This document shows, piece after piece, positions 25,401 through 39,073 of a DNA stretch of 64,000 nt. Position 1 is the stretch's first letter. Every line of letters starts with the position of its first letter. The stretch comes from Tubulanus polymorphus. Lineage: Eukaryota; Animalia; Nemertea. The translations under genes were made by a program, and so were the position numbers. The stretch lies in contig NC_134027.1 of NCBI RefSeq assembly GCF_964204645.1, forward strand, positions 3,194,485 through 3,258,484, written 5' to 3'. Below the pieces are notes generated by a model. The model saw nothing but the letters and a program-made list of their open reading frames with translations. It made no database searches and was not told the DNA's origin.

Positions 25401-28400
25401 TTGGCTTGGTTGGGTATAAGGTTCATTAGATACCCTTGTCTGTAGAGGTTTTTCTTCTGTCAGGTGATGGAAGTATAGATATGATTGTGAAGCGATTGTC
25501 TGAGGTTGAAGAATCCGATGAAACAAGTGAAGGTATATTCCTAAATATAACAAACATACCTAACTTACTGCTTCACAAACTAATCTGGCTAATATGTATG
25601 CTTATATACCTTCTTTCTCGTATTTAGATCTTTCACAATTCATTTATCATTTCCACCATTATAAGTGTCCGAGTTGCATCATTTTCTGAAGGAACAATTC
25701 ATAACAGTTGTAACTCATGTCTGTTGCTAATTACTTAGTACCTGATTTATTCTTTAATTTGCTATCATTCAAGAAATCTGTTTGATTTAAAATATCATTG
25801 AATGATGAACCTCACAAATTGATAATCTATTTATTCTAGACACTATATTTGCGGTGCACTCATTTCATATGATATTTAATCAAGGAGTGCCACCTTTATT
25901 ACCATCAGCAGCTTCTAAATGATAAGTAATACCAATAACTTCAGTCCTGAAGACAATCATTATGAAAATTCAGAAATGCTTATTGTAAGATCTTTCTTTT
26001 GAGTAAATGGATACAACAGAGCATCTACTGGTACATATTTGGGTTTATGGATTTCCTGTATTATCAGATATTAGTTATACGTTGGAAGGAGTATTGTCCA
26101 TTGAATGTGCAAATTTGATATTGAAAATGTGAATTGCATCCTGTTTGAGTGTATTGGAATGAAATAATTACCGGGTATATAAAACCTATTTTCCTCTGCC
26201 TACAATATAATGTTTTCAATGTTTTGGCAACCGGGAGGTTGATTCTATGGTTTTATCGTGAAATCCAAGAATTTTGTTTCAGTTAATTGCATGGTTTATT
26301 GCATAGTGGCATTCCAGTGGAATTTTTTCAGTACGAAGGTCATTATTGAATGTATTAAGCTGCAGTACGAGACTGGACGGGTTAATTATTAACTGACTGT
26401 TTGTGTCAGTGTACAGATGAACTGTTTACATTGCTATATCCAGTAATAGTGTAATTAGCTTTACTACCAGACTGTCATATGCATAGAAGCATAATCATCT
26501 TCATTGTGTTTTGTTAACTGTTAATTAACAGCTATAGCCTGCCATGTGCTCTATGTGTCCAGTAAGCGAATGATGATTGTTATATGTACGTGCTTATGAT
26601 GCTTCAGGGATCTAACTCATTTTCTAATTTCTGATTTCAGAGGGACCGAAACCGAAACCACTTCCGAAACCGGCTTTTTTGAAAAAGACGTCTTCAGAGG
26701 GCAGCACATCCGCTGGGCAGACGGAAGAATTCATGAAGTTACAGTGGAGGATAACGTCATCAATGAGAGAAAAACTGGAGAAATCGCCGGATCGTGATCT
26801 AATACCAGATAATCATAAAAATCTATCGAATGCGTATAGTCTTGAAAAACAAGTTGAAGAAAATTACGATCTTTATAACGAGAATCAGAATAGCGTCGTG
26901 AAACAAGGAAGTTGTCCGGAATACGATTTGTACGACAACGCCTCGAATCTTTATACCTATGCAAAGTGTGACAATCATGATAAGATGTATCGTCCTCCTG
27001 TATGTAACAACGTGACCCGAGCTACTATCGATTATAAGATAGCAAACTTTCCACCGCCGATGACTTCCACGCCAAAAAATGTTCCCGACGCTCATGGACT
27101 TTACGCCTGTTCAAATATAGTGGATAATGACCAGCGTCGTCAGTCACCAGCGAGGAGTATCGGAGATTGCGAGTCTATTAATTCAGAAGATGGATCTTTA
27201 TTTGACAGTGATAGCGATGAGCAATATGAATCAAATTTAGCCAATTCTTCAGCTGGATTATCAGCTATGCAAGTAAGATCCTGATTTTGGCCCCTTTGCA
27301 CTTAAGCACATGTAAATTTTGCAAAAATAGTTATTTTTTTGTACTTTTTACCTAGCGCTGTTTGCAAGAAATAGATGAGGCCGGAAGCGATATGTCCAAA
27401 CTGAAGAAAAAGGCCTTTGAACTGTTGATTACGGAACGAGCATATGTAGAAAAACTTCGTCTCATTTCACAGGTTAGAATTCTCAGATCAGATCAATTAG
27501 CTCAGATCAGATTTTTTTGTTGCTAATTCCAATTTTTGCGCTTAGTCACTGATATGATATGTTTTTTGCTTGTTTTTTATAGACGTTCTGTGGAGAAATA
27601 GAAGCAGCCAATAAAAAACATCGATATTTTCCCGATGAAGTTATTAGTCAGATGTTTTCCAATATTGGAAGTATATACACACTTCACCATGATCACCTAC
27701 TTCCTCAACTTGAGGATCGCTGGAAAATATGGTAAAAAATGCTCAAATCTCACTTCATAGTTTCACAAAAACATACTCTAAAGTATTTGAATCCTTCAGC
27801 TTTTCAAATAATTCTTGAATCTGAGGTGGAATAAATACATGTTCTTTTATTTACTCATTTAGGGAGAAAGAAGAAAGTAAGATCGGTGATATAATGAAAA
27901 CATTTGCTCCTTTCCTAAAGATCTACTCTGAATACGTAAAAAACTATGATAAAGGCACAACCCTGTTGATGTCATGGTACCAGAAATGTTTACCATTCAA
28001 AGAAATGTTGGATTCCATTCAGGTGAGATCTTATAGATCTGAAATATACGGAAGCTATAAAGGACCTCGAGTTATATATTATTTATGGTCGTGAAAACGA
28101 AATATGACGTCAAAACGTCACGATATATCGACATATTCATGTCGACTTGACGCGATATATCGCGGTATGTCGACATAAATATGACGACTTGTCGAGTTGG
28201 AACGCGTCAACTCGAGGCCCCTTATCGCTTCCGTAGAAATATGTGTAAAATATCGCTTCATTATACAATTCATGATTATGTGTAATTCAGATGAAACCGG
28301 AATGTGGGAAGTTAGGAGTACAGCATCACATGTTGGAACCGATACAGCGTGTGCCTCGGTATCGGTTATTATTAGAAGGTTTGTTTTCATTCTGTGTAAA

Positions 28401-30510
28401 TCACAAATCACTCGTAAGAATATTTATCTCAAATATTAAGGATTATTCTTATTGGATAGCAAAGTAATAGCAGATATATTTGTGATGATTTCAGAATATC
28501 TTCGATATCTTCCCGAAGATTCTCCGGATAGAGCAGCCACTCAGCGTAAGTATAATCTGGGGTACAAATTCATTCAGTTGATACACGGAAATATTTTCGA
28601 TTAGCCGTGTATTCTGATATTTCAGAGGCTCTGGACTTGGTTTCAACTGCTGCTGCCCATTCAAACCAGGCAATGAAGCAAATAGTGAGTAAATGTGCTG
28701 AAGAAGTCTTTGAATTATTTTACGAACTTTCATTCAGTAAAACTTTATCACAATCCGTCCTGAATACATGTATACATCCGGTTACATTTGTCATAATTGG
28801 GATTTAGGAAAAGTTTAGCAAATTGATGGAGATTTATGAAAAAATTGGAGGTGCTGTTGATGATCTAGTCAATCCAACGCGAGACATCATCAAAGAAGGC
28901 AAAATAATGAAGGTTTCTGCTCGCAATGGGCAACGTATGGAACGATATATATTCTTGGTATGAATCGATCTAAAAGCATTGGGTTTATTGAATCGATGTC
29001 TTTCCTGCTGCTCCTCAGAAGATTTCAATTACTCTTACGATTAATTGTTCTTATTTCAGTTCAATGATTTGATCCTTGTTTGTCAGGAACAAGCTATATC
29101 TCTAAATGGTGCTATGTATAAACTCAAATCTAAACTCAGTGTAGAAGGAATGAAGGTACATGATAAGAGCAGTGCAATACACAAGACTTTAATAGGATGG
29201 GTGACTGAATTATTCATTGAGTACCATGTGTTTGTATTATAGATATATGAAGGTGATAATCAAGATCTTCCTAACACAATTGTAGTAAAAACTCGAGAAA
29301 AGGTCTTGGAGTTGGATTGCGGGTAGGTTTACAGTTTCAAATCTTATCCCAATTTGTCAAATTATGATCAGAAATTCATGTTTATGGTAACCATGAAATC
29401 CTCCATTTCTTGTTAACAATAGTGACTCAGATGATGAGAAGTTGGCGTGGATGAAAATACTATGGGAAGTTGTATCCGAGTATCGTAAGCGAAAGTTATC
29501 ATTGAGGAAGTCCGAGGGTATATTGTATGACACAGGAATATCTGCTGGTGATGTGGGAAAGTCAGCTCCGCGATGGATTAAAGATGCCTCTGCATCTATG
29601 TGCATGGTGTGCTGTACAACGTTCTCAACATTCCGAAGACGGCATCATTGCAGGGCTTGTGGAATTGTGAGTTTTAATACCTACCCGGTAATTCGTTTTT
29701 GAGCTCTTTAGTATTAGGTAATTCACAGTGTAATCCGTTCGAATTTGAATTTTCAGTTGGCCTGCGCAAAGTGTTCGGCTTACAAATGTACGTTATCATA
29801 TGATGGGAATATTCACCGGGTTTGTAAGAAATGTTACAATCTGATTGAAGCCGGTGGCAATGTGGAAGAGGAAAAGAAAAAAGGAATCAAAGATGTAAGA
29901 TCGGATGAGATTTGTCAATTCATCTAGATCAGTTTGTCGTAAAATGTTTTAGTAAAAAACCGTTTGAATATATTTAGGTTAAAGGTGATGAGAAATCAGT
30001 TGTGAGTGGTTATCTACTGTATAATGTTGATGGTGGCAAGTCATGGATACGCCGTTGGTTTGCCGTTCATAAAGACTTCGTTTTGTACGCTTTCAAAGCC
30101 AGACAGGTAAATTACATACCGATATTATATTTTAGCCACTAGAACACTGAAATGATGGCTTGTTTCTCACATATTTTGAAAATATTTTCTAGGATGTTGC
30201 AGCTGAGTGGGTATTACCATTGCCGGGTCGCATTATAGAAGAACGGCCTGATTTGGTTTTCCACTTGAAGCACCCGAGTAAATCGTACTTCTTTCAAGCT
30301 GACGATGAGAAAGTAAAAAATAAGTAAGTAATTAAGTCTTCTCAATCATTTGCATGCGTTAATTTCTAATTATCGCTGGACTATTGTAGATTTTTCATCC
30401 TGAAAATGAACGTGTATTTAGTTATTTTCAATCTCGTAATTTCCAGGTGGATGAATGTATTGAAACGAGTTGTGGCAGCAGAGTTACCAGATAATATTGA
30501 TCCCACCTAA
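22439..30510 (+). CDS. FYVE, RhoGEF (DH) and PH domain-containing protein, FGD/frabin-like
   Basis: DH: [46 protein letters not shown]: [15 protein letters not shown]: APRWIKD...CMVC...[11 protein letters not shown]...CAKC...RVCKKC. Second PH: SWIRRWF. Exon 1 ([14 protein letters not shown], 22439-22481) splices in phase to 24613; TAA at 30508-30510. Confidence 0.9.
28058..28224. mobile_element. MITE, possibly PIF/Harbinger type, in an FGD intron
   Basis: Terminal inverted repeats TAAAGGACCTCGAGTT / AACTCGAGGCCCCTTA (2 mismatches) with TAA/TTA ends; CpG-rich palindromic interior. Confidence 0.55.
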
Positions 30511-33500
30511 AAGTAATAGATTGTCTCAAAGAACTATCATTCCCCTCATTTGTTTATACTCATCGCTCATTGTTATAGAAAGATTTTTTCTCACATCAGT
30601 AAAGATCAAATATGATTTTGAAAAACCAATGCCGGTAAGTGAATACTGCCGTAGTTCATTATTACGAGTCACGTAGCATTGAAATATGCGAACTATAATA
30701 TTGAAGCTGATGTTGTTGAAGTCTACTTAAACTGTACAGTATTCAATCATGTTCATGTGCAACTGCTTGTCTATCAAAAATTAATTTTCAACATTGTATA
30801 AGTACATTATTATGTAGCTTCATTAACGCAAATATGACATTAAAATGACAGACTTGACATATATTTAATAATATGACTGAATATATATTGCAATTACTCC
30901 TAATATACATATGTAAAATCAAAAAAGAGGAAATGTATGATTTTAGCACAAGCCTTGCCGCTATATCAAAAATCTGCTTCCACCTTCCTTGTTAATCATA
31001 ATTGCTAAAATGTGCCCGTATGCAATTTTTGATTGCTGTTTATGTAATATTTCGTAAGCCTTTGATTCTGTGATATGATCAAATGTATATAAATATATTG
31101 ACTAACTGGAGAAATTTTTATGATGATATAATGCTGAAAAATTTCACAACATACACAAAATCAATAATTGTGCGATTTTCTGTGATTCAATGAACCACTG
31201 GATTAGGAAATCTTTTCGTCAGTAGACCATGAGTATGGGTATTCATTATCCCGGGACTTTACAAATGAGTTTATAAAAACGATTATATACAGTAATTGAG
31301 GCAGACCCTGCTGATTCTTATCATGGACGTACTAGTTTATACGTCCATGTTCTTATTAAGTATGAGTACTTCTGAAATATTGAGGCTATTGTGCATGGGT
31401 CATTGTATTTGCAATCTAAAACTGTGAATTGATTGTCTACACAATCCAAGATCACATTTGCCAATAATTAATGCAATTGATTCAGAGTTCAGATGGATTT
31501 TAACTAGTACAGGGTATGTGATTGCCTAGAAATACATATGGCTTTAGATATATGTAAACTATATAGATGTATAAGTCAGTACTGGATACTGTTCATCTGA
31601 TTGTTGTTATTGTAATGAAATTTTATGTGTCTTCTTGAATTGAGTCCTGGAATATGATATAATTATGCTGCTTACCAAGCGCATCAGTAGTACATTACTG
31701 ATGTTGTTGCTGATGTTACTGATATGCTTGCTAGTTTGTATCCAGTTTATTAGTGCAATGGTGATTGGTTAAATAACAAATCGCTTCAATGATTATAGTG
31801 GTTCGATTAACAATAAATGGTGTACCGGTAGTCATGATTTAATCGTTTATTTTTACTGGAATATAAAAGCAGGGGATTTTTCAGATAAGATGTTATGTAT
31901 ATGTGCAATGTATTTTTTTAAATTGCTTGGGCTATAACTAATAAGTACCTATTGCTTTTAACAGTTTACACGTTGTTCAATTTTTTTATTGGTGCAAAAC
32001 AATTTATACACCGAAATGAATGTATTTTGAATTGTAAGGTTGATAGCAGTCGTCAATAATTTTACACGTGACCAATGTTTGATTTGTCATTCCCACTTTT
32101 TAGATGATTGTGTTTTTTTTACTCGAAGAGTTGTAAATTTTTGGTACATAAAATTTTTGTAAAAAATGTTTAGAATAAGTTAATAGTTGATGAATAGTTA
32201 TTTGGTTGTACGTGTAGATGTATGTATGATCATCATGCGGAATATCTTTTATTCTAGATTAATAAATCAGAAGTTTCGTAATTTGGTGCTCTTGTTTTTC
32301 GTGATAGTTATGTTGTTGGTGGCCGTTGGGTTTCATGCAGCAATTTCAGGTGATAACCCACACATGATGCACGCGAAGGAGTCTTCTAACACGTTAAGAC
32401 GGTGGTTTCATAATAGCGGCAGATCCTGTAATTTAGAATCAGGGGATATAAGGGGCTCAAAAACTAGCCCTAGATGTTTGTACACGAGTTGCAAAGCCTT
32501 TGTACGGGGGCCGGGGGAGTTCACCTCTAAGAGAATTAGAAAAAATGATAATTTTCTGACCATCTAGAGAGATTCTGATTCTGAAACAAAATGACCGACC
32601 CCTCGGTAACTATTGATTAGTAGGTTTTGAAAATTTTGTCTTGGCAAAAGACCTCATCGTTCAGCCTTTCTTGCTGAGTAAATCATATCCTCGTCACATT
32701 CGGTAAGTAATATATCTATTAAATAGTTTTCCTCTTTTTCGAGTGTTATGTTTAAGTGTTTCAAATATCTATGTACTGCCGTTTTCTCATGTACTTCAGT
32801 GCAAATCGAACTCGTTGAAAGTTCCTTTAAAGTAAAAAAAAATCAATCTACAAATACCTGTCTCTAGAAAATCTGAGAAGCATTAAGTCTCAATCCGAAG
32901 GACTGCGTGGAACAGACCCCACCCGTGGAGAATATTCTATCAATACTTTTTAGAGAGCCTCGTTTATTAATTACTTTCGACGGACAATAAAATGAAAATG
33001 AATTTCCATGCTAATGTTTTTTCTTCATAATAACACAGTGAGAGAAAAGGAATTTGTACAGCTGATTTTTTTTCTCATTATTTTCGACACAAACCATGCA
33101 TTGATTTCTTATTATTGGTTCTATTGAATGCGATGATACAAGTTTTTCGTAGGCGATTTTATTAATCGTTTTAAGGGGAGACGAGACGTGTCGTAGTATA
33201 TTTAACTGACACGACAGGATACACTCTCGAATGATACGTAGCTGCTTAGCGTAGAGGAGGTAAGAACATTTATATTCTATTTATCGAACCGGTGTGTATA
33301 ACATATCTTCCAAGGGCAATAAAAAAACCCATTAAGGAACAGCGAGTCTAAATCAACCGTGGTATGAGACTCAACTCTTGATTTCCCTACAAGTCTTCCA
33401 AATACATACACCATTCATTGATCCATGGTTTGTAGTAGTAAGGCAAGCGAAGTCACTTATTGTGAATTGCGTTCATGATAGACATTGTAACCTGCAGCTC

Positions 33501-33861
33501 ATCGTGATTTGGTCAAACCATCTCATAGATTGACCCATGTACACACGATTTTCTTATCTTTTCAACCAAGACAAAAAATCGGATAAAATAATGGAATCAT
33601 TTCTATTAAAAAGTTTAAAGTCTTTATTAAGGAAATAATTTCATAAATTAAAGCATCAGGGTGGCTTAGAATTGACGATTATAAATATTAGCCCGATATC
33701 ATAAAAACCCATTATGTAGGCCTTAAATCAAAAAGTTTAAAATGACACGATGTTTCGAACTTTCACTAGAGATCATCGTCATAGACTTGCTAAAAACAGT
33801 GTGATCGAAATGCTCGGTTATGTTTTGAAAAAGCATATTGAAACTTGTTATAATTTCAGCG

Positions 33862-34065
33862 ATGAAGCTACTAATGATTTACTGGCTTATGACGACAGCA
33901 CTGATTTTGCAATCAACGGCAACCCGTAGAGAATTCGAACATGACAAGACCACGACACCTTCACCGGAGACACCACCACCAGCACCAAATATACCAGCTA
34001 ACCCACCAGCAATTGGTGCACCACCCCCAGGATGGGTAAAATGGGGTTACAAACAACGTCACTAG
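33862..34065 (+). CDS. Small secreted proline-rich peptide precursor (67 aa), orphan
   Basis: The ATG follows a TTTCAG acceptor. MKLLMIYWLMTTALILQSTAT looks like a signal peptide, followed by RR, a Pro/Thr-rich segment and the basic/aromatic tail GWVKWGYKQRH. Upstream GTAAG donors at 32703 and 33260; AATAAA at ~34443-34536. Confidence 0.55.
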   Translation: MKLLMIYWLMTTALILQSTATRREFEHDKTTTPSPETPPPAPNIPANPPAIGAPPPGWVKWGYKQRH

Positions 34066-34564
34066 GATCATTTAAGAGAAGACTTCACACAATTCCCTTA
34101 GAAACAATAGTAGGAACATTCGCAAATCTGGTGCCTTATTGTGTTCAAGTCGATTAGATTTAATTCATTTTGAGACTCTTTCACGGATTATGATCTAGGA
34201 CAATTTCAAATATCTAATACTCATATTTCTTAGCCTTACAGCTTTGCTCAACTTCATAACCACTTTTGTGTTCATATCGGAATTGTCTTCACGTATATGA
34301 TATCATTCGCAATCGAAGCACATTTAACTTTTCCTCTTGGATAATTTCGAAATCTGACATTGCCATTCTCCACAACATGGCAGTATGGTTGGTTCGAATC
34401 GATCAGCAAACAATTCCTCGCCAGAGATTAATTCAATGAATGAATAAAGAGTTACAGATTTTCGTACCTTTAATTTATTATCAAACAAATAAATAAAAGT
34501 CATATGTAAATGTATCACAAATATCTTGGCAATAAAAGTTGTAAATCAACTGAACAGTTTAATT

Positions 34565-36571
34565 TCATTTAAATTCAGGATCAGAACTAGTCGAAAAGGC
34601 TATTTCTACTAACTGCAGAGGTTGTAATGTCACTAAATTAGCATTTCCTGATGCTGTTAAAGTATGCGATGGTTCTAATTGCAAAGGCAATGATTTTTCA
34701 ACAGATTGTATGAGATTTTCATGTTCAGATTCATCGATAGTATTGTGTCGTACAGAATGAAGCAGTTTTGAAACGTCGCTAGTTAACAATAATTGAGTTT
34801 TCTTGACATGAGAATTCATCGAGTTTAAATGCTCGACATCGATAACCTGACTTAGATCTGAATTAGTATGTATCAAAGTATCACTGCCGGATAGTAATTT
34901 TGCGCTAGATTCTGAATTCTTTTCTAAACTATTTTCACTAGAGTCTAGCACAGGAACGTGGGTTAATACCATCGATTGAGATTTCACATATGAGTTAACG
35001 ACGCGTCGTTTTTTAATCGGTTTTCCAGCGGCGTGCGTTTTATTCATATGTTCATTCAGTTTATCGTAGCGTGTTGTAGCGAACGGACACTGCGTGCAGT
35101 GATGAGGTCGTTCCGATGAATGTAACAACATATGTCGTTTCATATTCTTCACTAACGAAAAAGCTTGGCCGCATACGTCGCATTGATGAGGTTTTTCTCG
35201 AGTATGAGTCATTAAATGCGCGGTTAAGTTCTGTTTTTTGATAGTGCGGTACGTACAGCCGGTATGGGTGCATTTAAACAAGTCGCCCGTGTGAATTAAA
35301 TGATGCGCTTTCAACTGACTTTTATGCGCAGTAGCGTAACCACAAATATCGCACAGGTGATTCTTCTCTTTAGTATGAACGAGATAATGACCTTTTAACG
35401 CGTGTTTCCACTTGAAACCTAATCCGCAAATCTTACAAACGAACGGTTTTTCGTCTTTGTGTTTCGGAGCGTGTAAATTCATCTGAGCGCGCGTTTTAAA
35501 ACGTTTGTCGCAATAATTACAAAAGTACGGTAGATGACCGGCGTGTTTAGCCAGATGATCGCGCATCTCTTCGCCGTTCTTAGCCTCGAAATCACAAAAC
35601 GTGCAAATATTATTCATATGTTTATGAACTTTGTTGTGAGCCGTTAGTTCACGAAGTTTAGTCGTTGAGAAATCGCACGACATACATTTATATCTACCGC
35701 CCGTGTGACAAGTCATATGTCGACTCAGTCTGTACGGTTTAGTGGTCGTAAACGTACATTCCGAACAGATTAAGATTTTCGGGATTTTTTCTTTCTCGGA
35801 ATCGGTGGTTGAATGAATATCCATACACGGACGGCCGTCCTCGCTGATAACGTTCTCATCAGTCGCGATGATCATATTATCTTCATCTTTAGAATCAACG
35901 ACGTCGTCGCATGATCTTTGACGAATAACGTCCACTTCGTCATTTTCCGATTGTTCGCCTTCGTTACCGCAAATATCTAATGTAAGACCGAAAACTTTTA
36001 ACTCATCATCTGCTAGATCAGTTTTACCCCCTGCTATAATTGGTTGACTAACAATAGTTTGTTGTTGCCGGGTTGAGGGAGCGTTCAATTCACAGTTTGA
36101 TTCATCTCGCGGCTCGACTTTCTCAATGATCTTTCTCTGAGTATCTAAAAGCTCAATAATATGCGGCGAACAAAGATCGACCAATTTTTCCATTTGCAGA
36201 ACTTTTGATAACTGCAAAACCTGAACGATGTTGTCGCCCGATATATGTAAAATTCCCGAATACATGAAGTCAATGATTTTTTCGATAGCGCTCGAAAACG
36301 ATTCGCTGGCTCCCGTCTCACCAATTTGCAATTCGACGATTTGGGGCGCAGCAGGTGAAAATCGTCGGGATGCGTTCTGTCCAAAAAACGAACTAAAATA
36401 TGGACTTGAAGCCGCAAGGACGTTAGAGTGCACCATGTATTGTTGTCCAAATACTTTCAAAACTACATCGCAGAATATACCACGTGTTCTTTGAGAATGC
36501 AACTGTTCCAGTAGAGAAGAAGAATGTTTTTCGTCGAACGAAACGATATGTTTTGAAGCCATTGCCTCCAT
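34565..36571 (-). CDS. Intronless BTB/POZ plus nine C2H2 zinc-finger transcription factor (ZBTB family)
   Basis: HSSSLLEQLHSQRTRGIFCDVVLKV...HSNVLAASSPYF BTB motif; nine CxxC...HxxxH fingers with TGEKP-like linkers. First in-frame ATG at 36571 (the ORF track starts at an upstream TTG). Confidence 0.92.
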   Translation of the reverse strand: MEAMASKHIVSFDEKHSSSLLEQLHSQRTRGIFCDVVLKVFGQQYMVHSNVLAASSPYFSSFFGQNASRRFSPAAPQIVELQIGETGASESFSSAIEKIIDFMYSGILHISGDNIVQVLQLSKVLQMEKLVDLCSPHIIELLDTQRKIIEKVEPRDESNCELNAPSTRQQQTIVSQPIIAGGKTDLADDELKVFGLTLDICGNEGEQSENDEVDVIRQRSCDDVVDSKDEDNMIIATDENVISEDGRPCMDIHSTTDSEKEKIPKILICSECTFTTTKPYRLSRHMTCHTGGRYKCMSCDFSTTKLRELTAHNKVHKHMNNICTFCDFEAKNGEEMRDHLAKHAGHLPYFCNYCDKRFKTRAQMNLHAPKHKDEKPFVCKICGLGFKWKHALKGHYLVHTKEKNHLCDICGYATAHKSQLKAHHLIHTGDLFKCTHTGCTYRTIKKQNLTAHLMTHTREKPHQCDVCGQAFSLVKNMKRHMLLHSSERPHHCTQCPFATTRYDKLNEHMNKTHAAGKPIKKRRVVNSYVKSQSMVLTHVPVLDSSENSLEKNSESSAKLLSGSDTLIHTNSDLSQVIDVEHLNSMNSHVKKTQLLLTSDVSKLLHSVRHNTIDESEHENLIQSVEKSLPLQLEPSHTLTASGNANLVTLQPLQLVEIAFSTSSDPEFK

Positions 36572-36914
36572 GTTGTTTTTCTTCGCCAATACAAATGTAA
36601 ATCCAATTTATTCAAACGAAAGTACGTCCAAAATACTTATTAGGAATAGATAATATTCAATCCTCTGTGTAAACAATCTTAACTAACCAAACATAAACAA
36701 TAACATCTGATTTAAAGATAGTAAATGTATATCTTTCAATAATCATGGTTTTTTATTGAATGTCTTGTGGTTTCTCGGCGATAATTAGTTAAACCAGGAA
36801 GTGATTCATTTCCGGTTTCGACGAGCTGTCAAAAATCGAGAATGTAAACAACACGCCTCGAGAGAACAGGACAAATAACTATCAGTTGAATAAGACTTAC
36901 CGTCACAATATGGT

Positions 36915-37539
36915 GGCGCTATTGCACTTTCGTACCCCCCTCCCAAAAGTTTTTATTTCAGCATATTTATTATCAGGGAGGTCTGTAGAGTCAAAATAAA
37001 TTACTTTTGACCAAAAAAAAAATTTTTTCCAAGCCAAAATTCTGATAATTTGGGGTCGATTTCCTCGATTCAAACCGACGGGTCGGCCATGTTTCGGCAC
37101 TAATTACCACCTAAAAACATCTGAATAAATATATCTCAATAAATGGAATTGAATTGAATTGACATGATTTCGTTTTTGGGTACATAACTTTTCTTCATCA
37201 GGACATCTTTAAATCAATAGCTAAGTATGAAAATAATGCAATCATACGCGTTATTTTCAGAGATGGTTATGTTTGAAAACATGGTTTTTTGCAAAGTTTT
37301 TATGTCATGACATTTCAGTGGAGGGTTAGCAACTTTGATTGACATCCAATATGGCGTTGTTGACGTCGCGAATCGGCGAATTTACACGCGATTTAGGGCC
37401 TAAAATAACAAAATTTTAACCTAGAAAAAGTAAGTTTTTTGGATCAAAAGTTACTGATTTTGAATCTCTAGACCTCCCTGATAATAAATATGCAGAAATA
37501 AAAATTTTTGGGAGGGGGGTACGAAAGTGCAATAGCGCC
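36915..37539. mobile_element. Mutator-like (MULE) MITE, 625 bp
   Basis: ~100-bp TIRs starting GGCGCTATTGCACTTTCGTACCCCCCTCCC and ending GGGAGGGGGGTACGAAAGTGCAATAGCGCC; perfect 9-bp TSD CAATATGGT at 36906-36914 and 37540-37548. Confidence 0.9.
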
Positions 37540-37714
37540 CAATATGGTGGTGTGAATGAAACAAACACCTCAATCCTCACCCCCTACTCAATGAATCTCA
37601 GAAAAATGGGAAAATAGTAAAGAAATGTACGTCTTTTGTCTTTGAAAAATGATTGATAGTTTGGACGTGGTCAGATTTGGTTAAATAGTAGTAAAAGCTT
37701 ATAGTTCTGTGAAA

Positions 37715-39073
37715 ATGGCATCCGTGCTTCAAAGATTTACTGATTCAGTTGACTTCGATGACAGTTTAAGTGCGGATAGTGAGCTTAGTCTTACTGATGA
37801 CACAGATGAAATCAACATCAACTTCAAAGGAATGTTACAAATCAGTACAGAAGAAGAAAAGAACAGTTTTGGAAAAGGTATTATGTTATTAAGAAATATA
37901 ATTTGACCAGAAATTACAAAAAGTTCCCTTTATTGCCAGTCATTTAGAATAGGCGGTGGCTACGATTAATGGTATTCATCATCATCATCCTGGTAACCAG
38001 CCTCCTTCAATGATTTCCGATAGCGCCAATTGGAGCCTTACCATTTCAACCCTAATTCTTCAAACTTTTCCTTCCATCGTCGCTATGTTTCAAATAAGGC
38101 AATTCCAATATGAAATTCTAGGTTCGTGTTCATCTGCTACGCGACCAAGTTCTCTTTCGATACCAGCTCCAATAACTGATATAAACAGGGAAACAGTACA
38201 CTTTGAAATAAGCAGTGCAAGAATTGTTAAAAATGGCAGACGGAAACACGTGGTAAGATGTTTTTACAAACAAATTATCATCGGAATAAGAGATTTGTAA
38301 TAGGAGTCATTCATTTATTACGTATGCTTATGGGTATGTAATAAATGAATGGTCGCATAGTAGAAATATTTCAAGTTCTTCATTGATTATTGTATTTCTA
38401 GCTCTACACTATTCTAATCATAAGAATTGGTCGCTTGGACGAAGCACAGGCAACGATAGAACGCAGATATTCCGACTTCGAGAGATTACACGAAACACTG
38501 AAGAAAAAATACGAAGAGATTATCGAAGGAATATCATTTCCAAAAAAAGTAATATCCGGAAATTTCAAAACAGAAACAATAGCCAAACGCAGTCGAGCTT
38601 TTGAGCAATATTTAATGCATCTCTACGGAATCGACATAATACAAATGAGCAAAGAATTTGCCACTTTCTTTTATTATAAAGACTTGAGATTAGCTTACGA
38701 ATTTATTTGCCATGGAGATTATATCGAAGCGTTGCCACTACTGCATAATTCAGTGAACATTCAGGACAAACTACTGGGTGAAATGCACAAAGAAGTCATT
38801 GCAACGATGTGTGCTATTGTTGCCGTCAATACTGCATTAGAAGAGTTCCAGGAGGCTTATGAGTGGGCAGAGACTGCCTTAAAATGCATTGGTAAGCGTG
38901 AAAACATCCGATATTTGATTCCATTATTACAGATAAGTATTCGTCTGTGTTGGACTTTGGGTAAAGACAAAAAGGATTTAGAAATGCGGCTGGAAGATTT
39001 GAGAAAGCGTCAGTTCCCAGTAGATGTAGCACAGACATTATTAGAACTAGCAGTACAGAGATTTCCCGATTGA
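37715..39073 (+). CDS. SNX21: Sorting nexin 20/21-like (PX plus PXB/TPR); exons 37715-37877, 38122-38252, 38402-39073
   Basis: VHFEISSARIV...KHVLYTILII, IERRYSDFERLH, FPKKVISGNF...IAKRSRAFEQYL and C-terminal IRLCWTLGKDK; splice phases are consistent. Confidence 0.88.
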
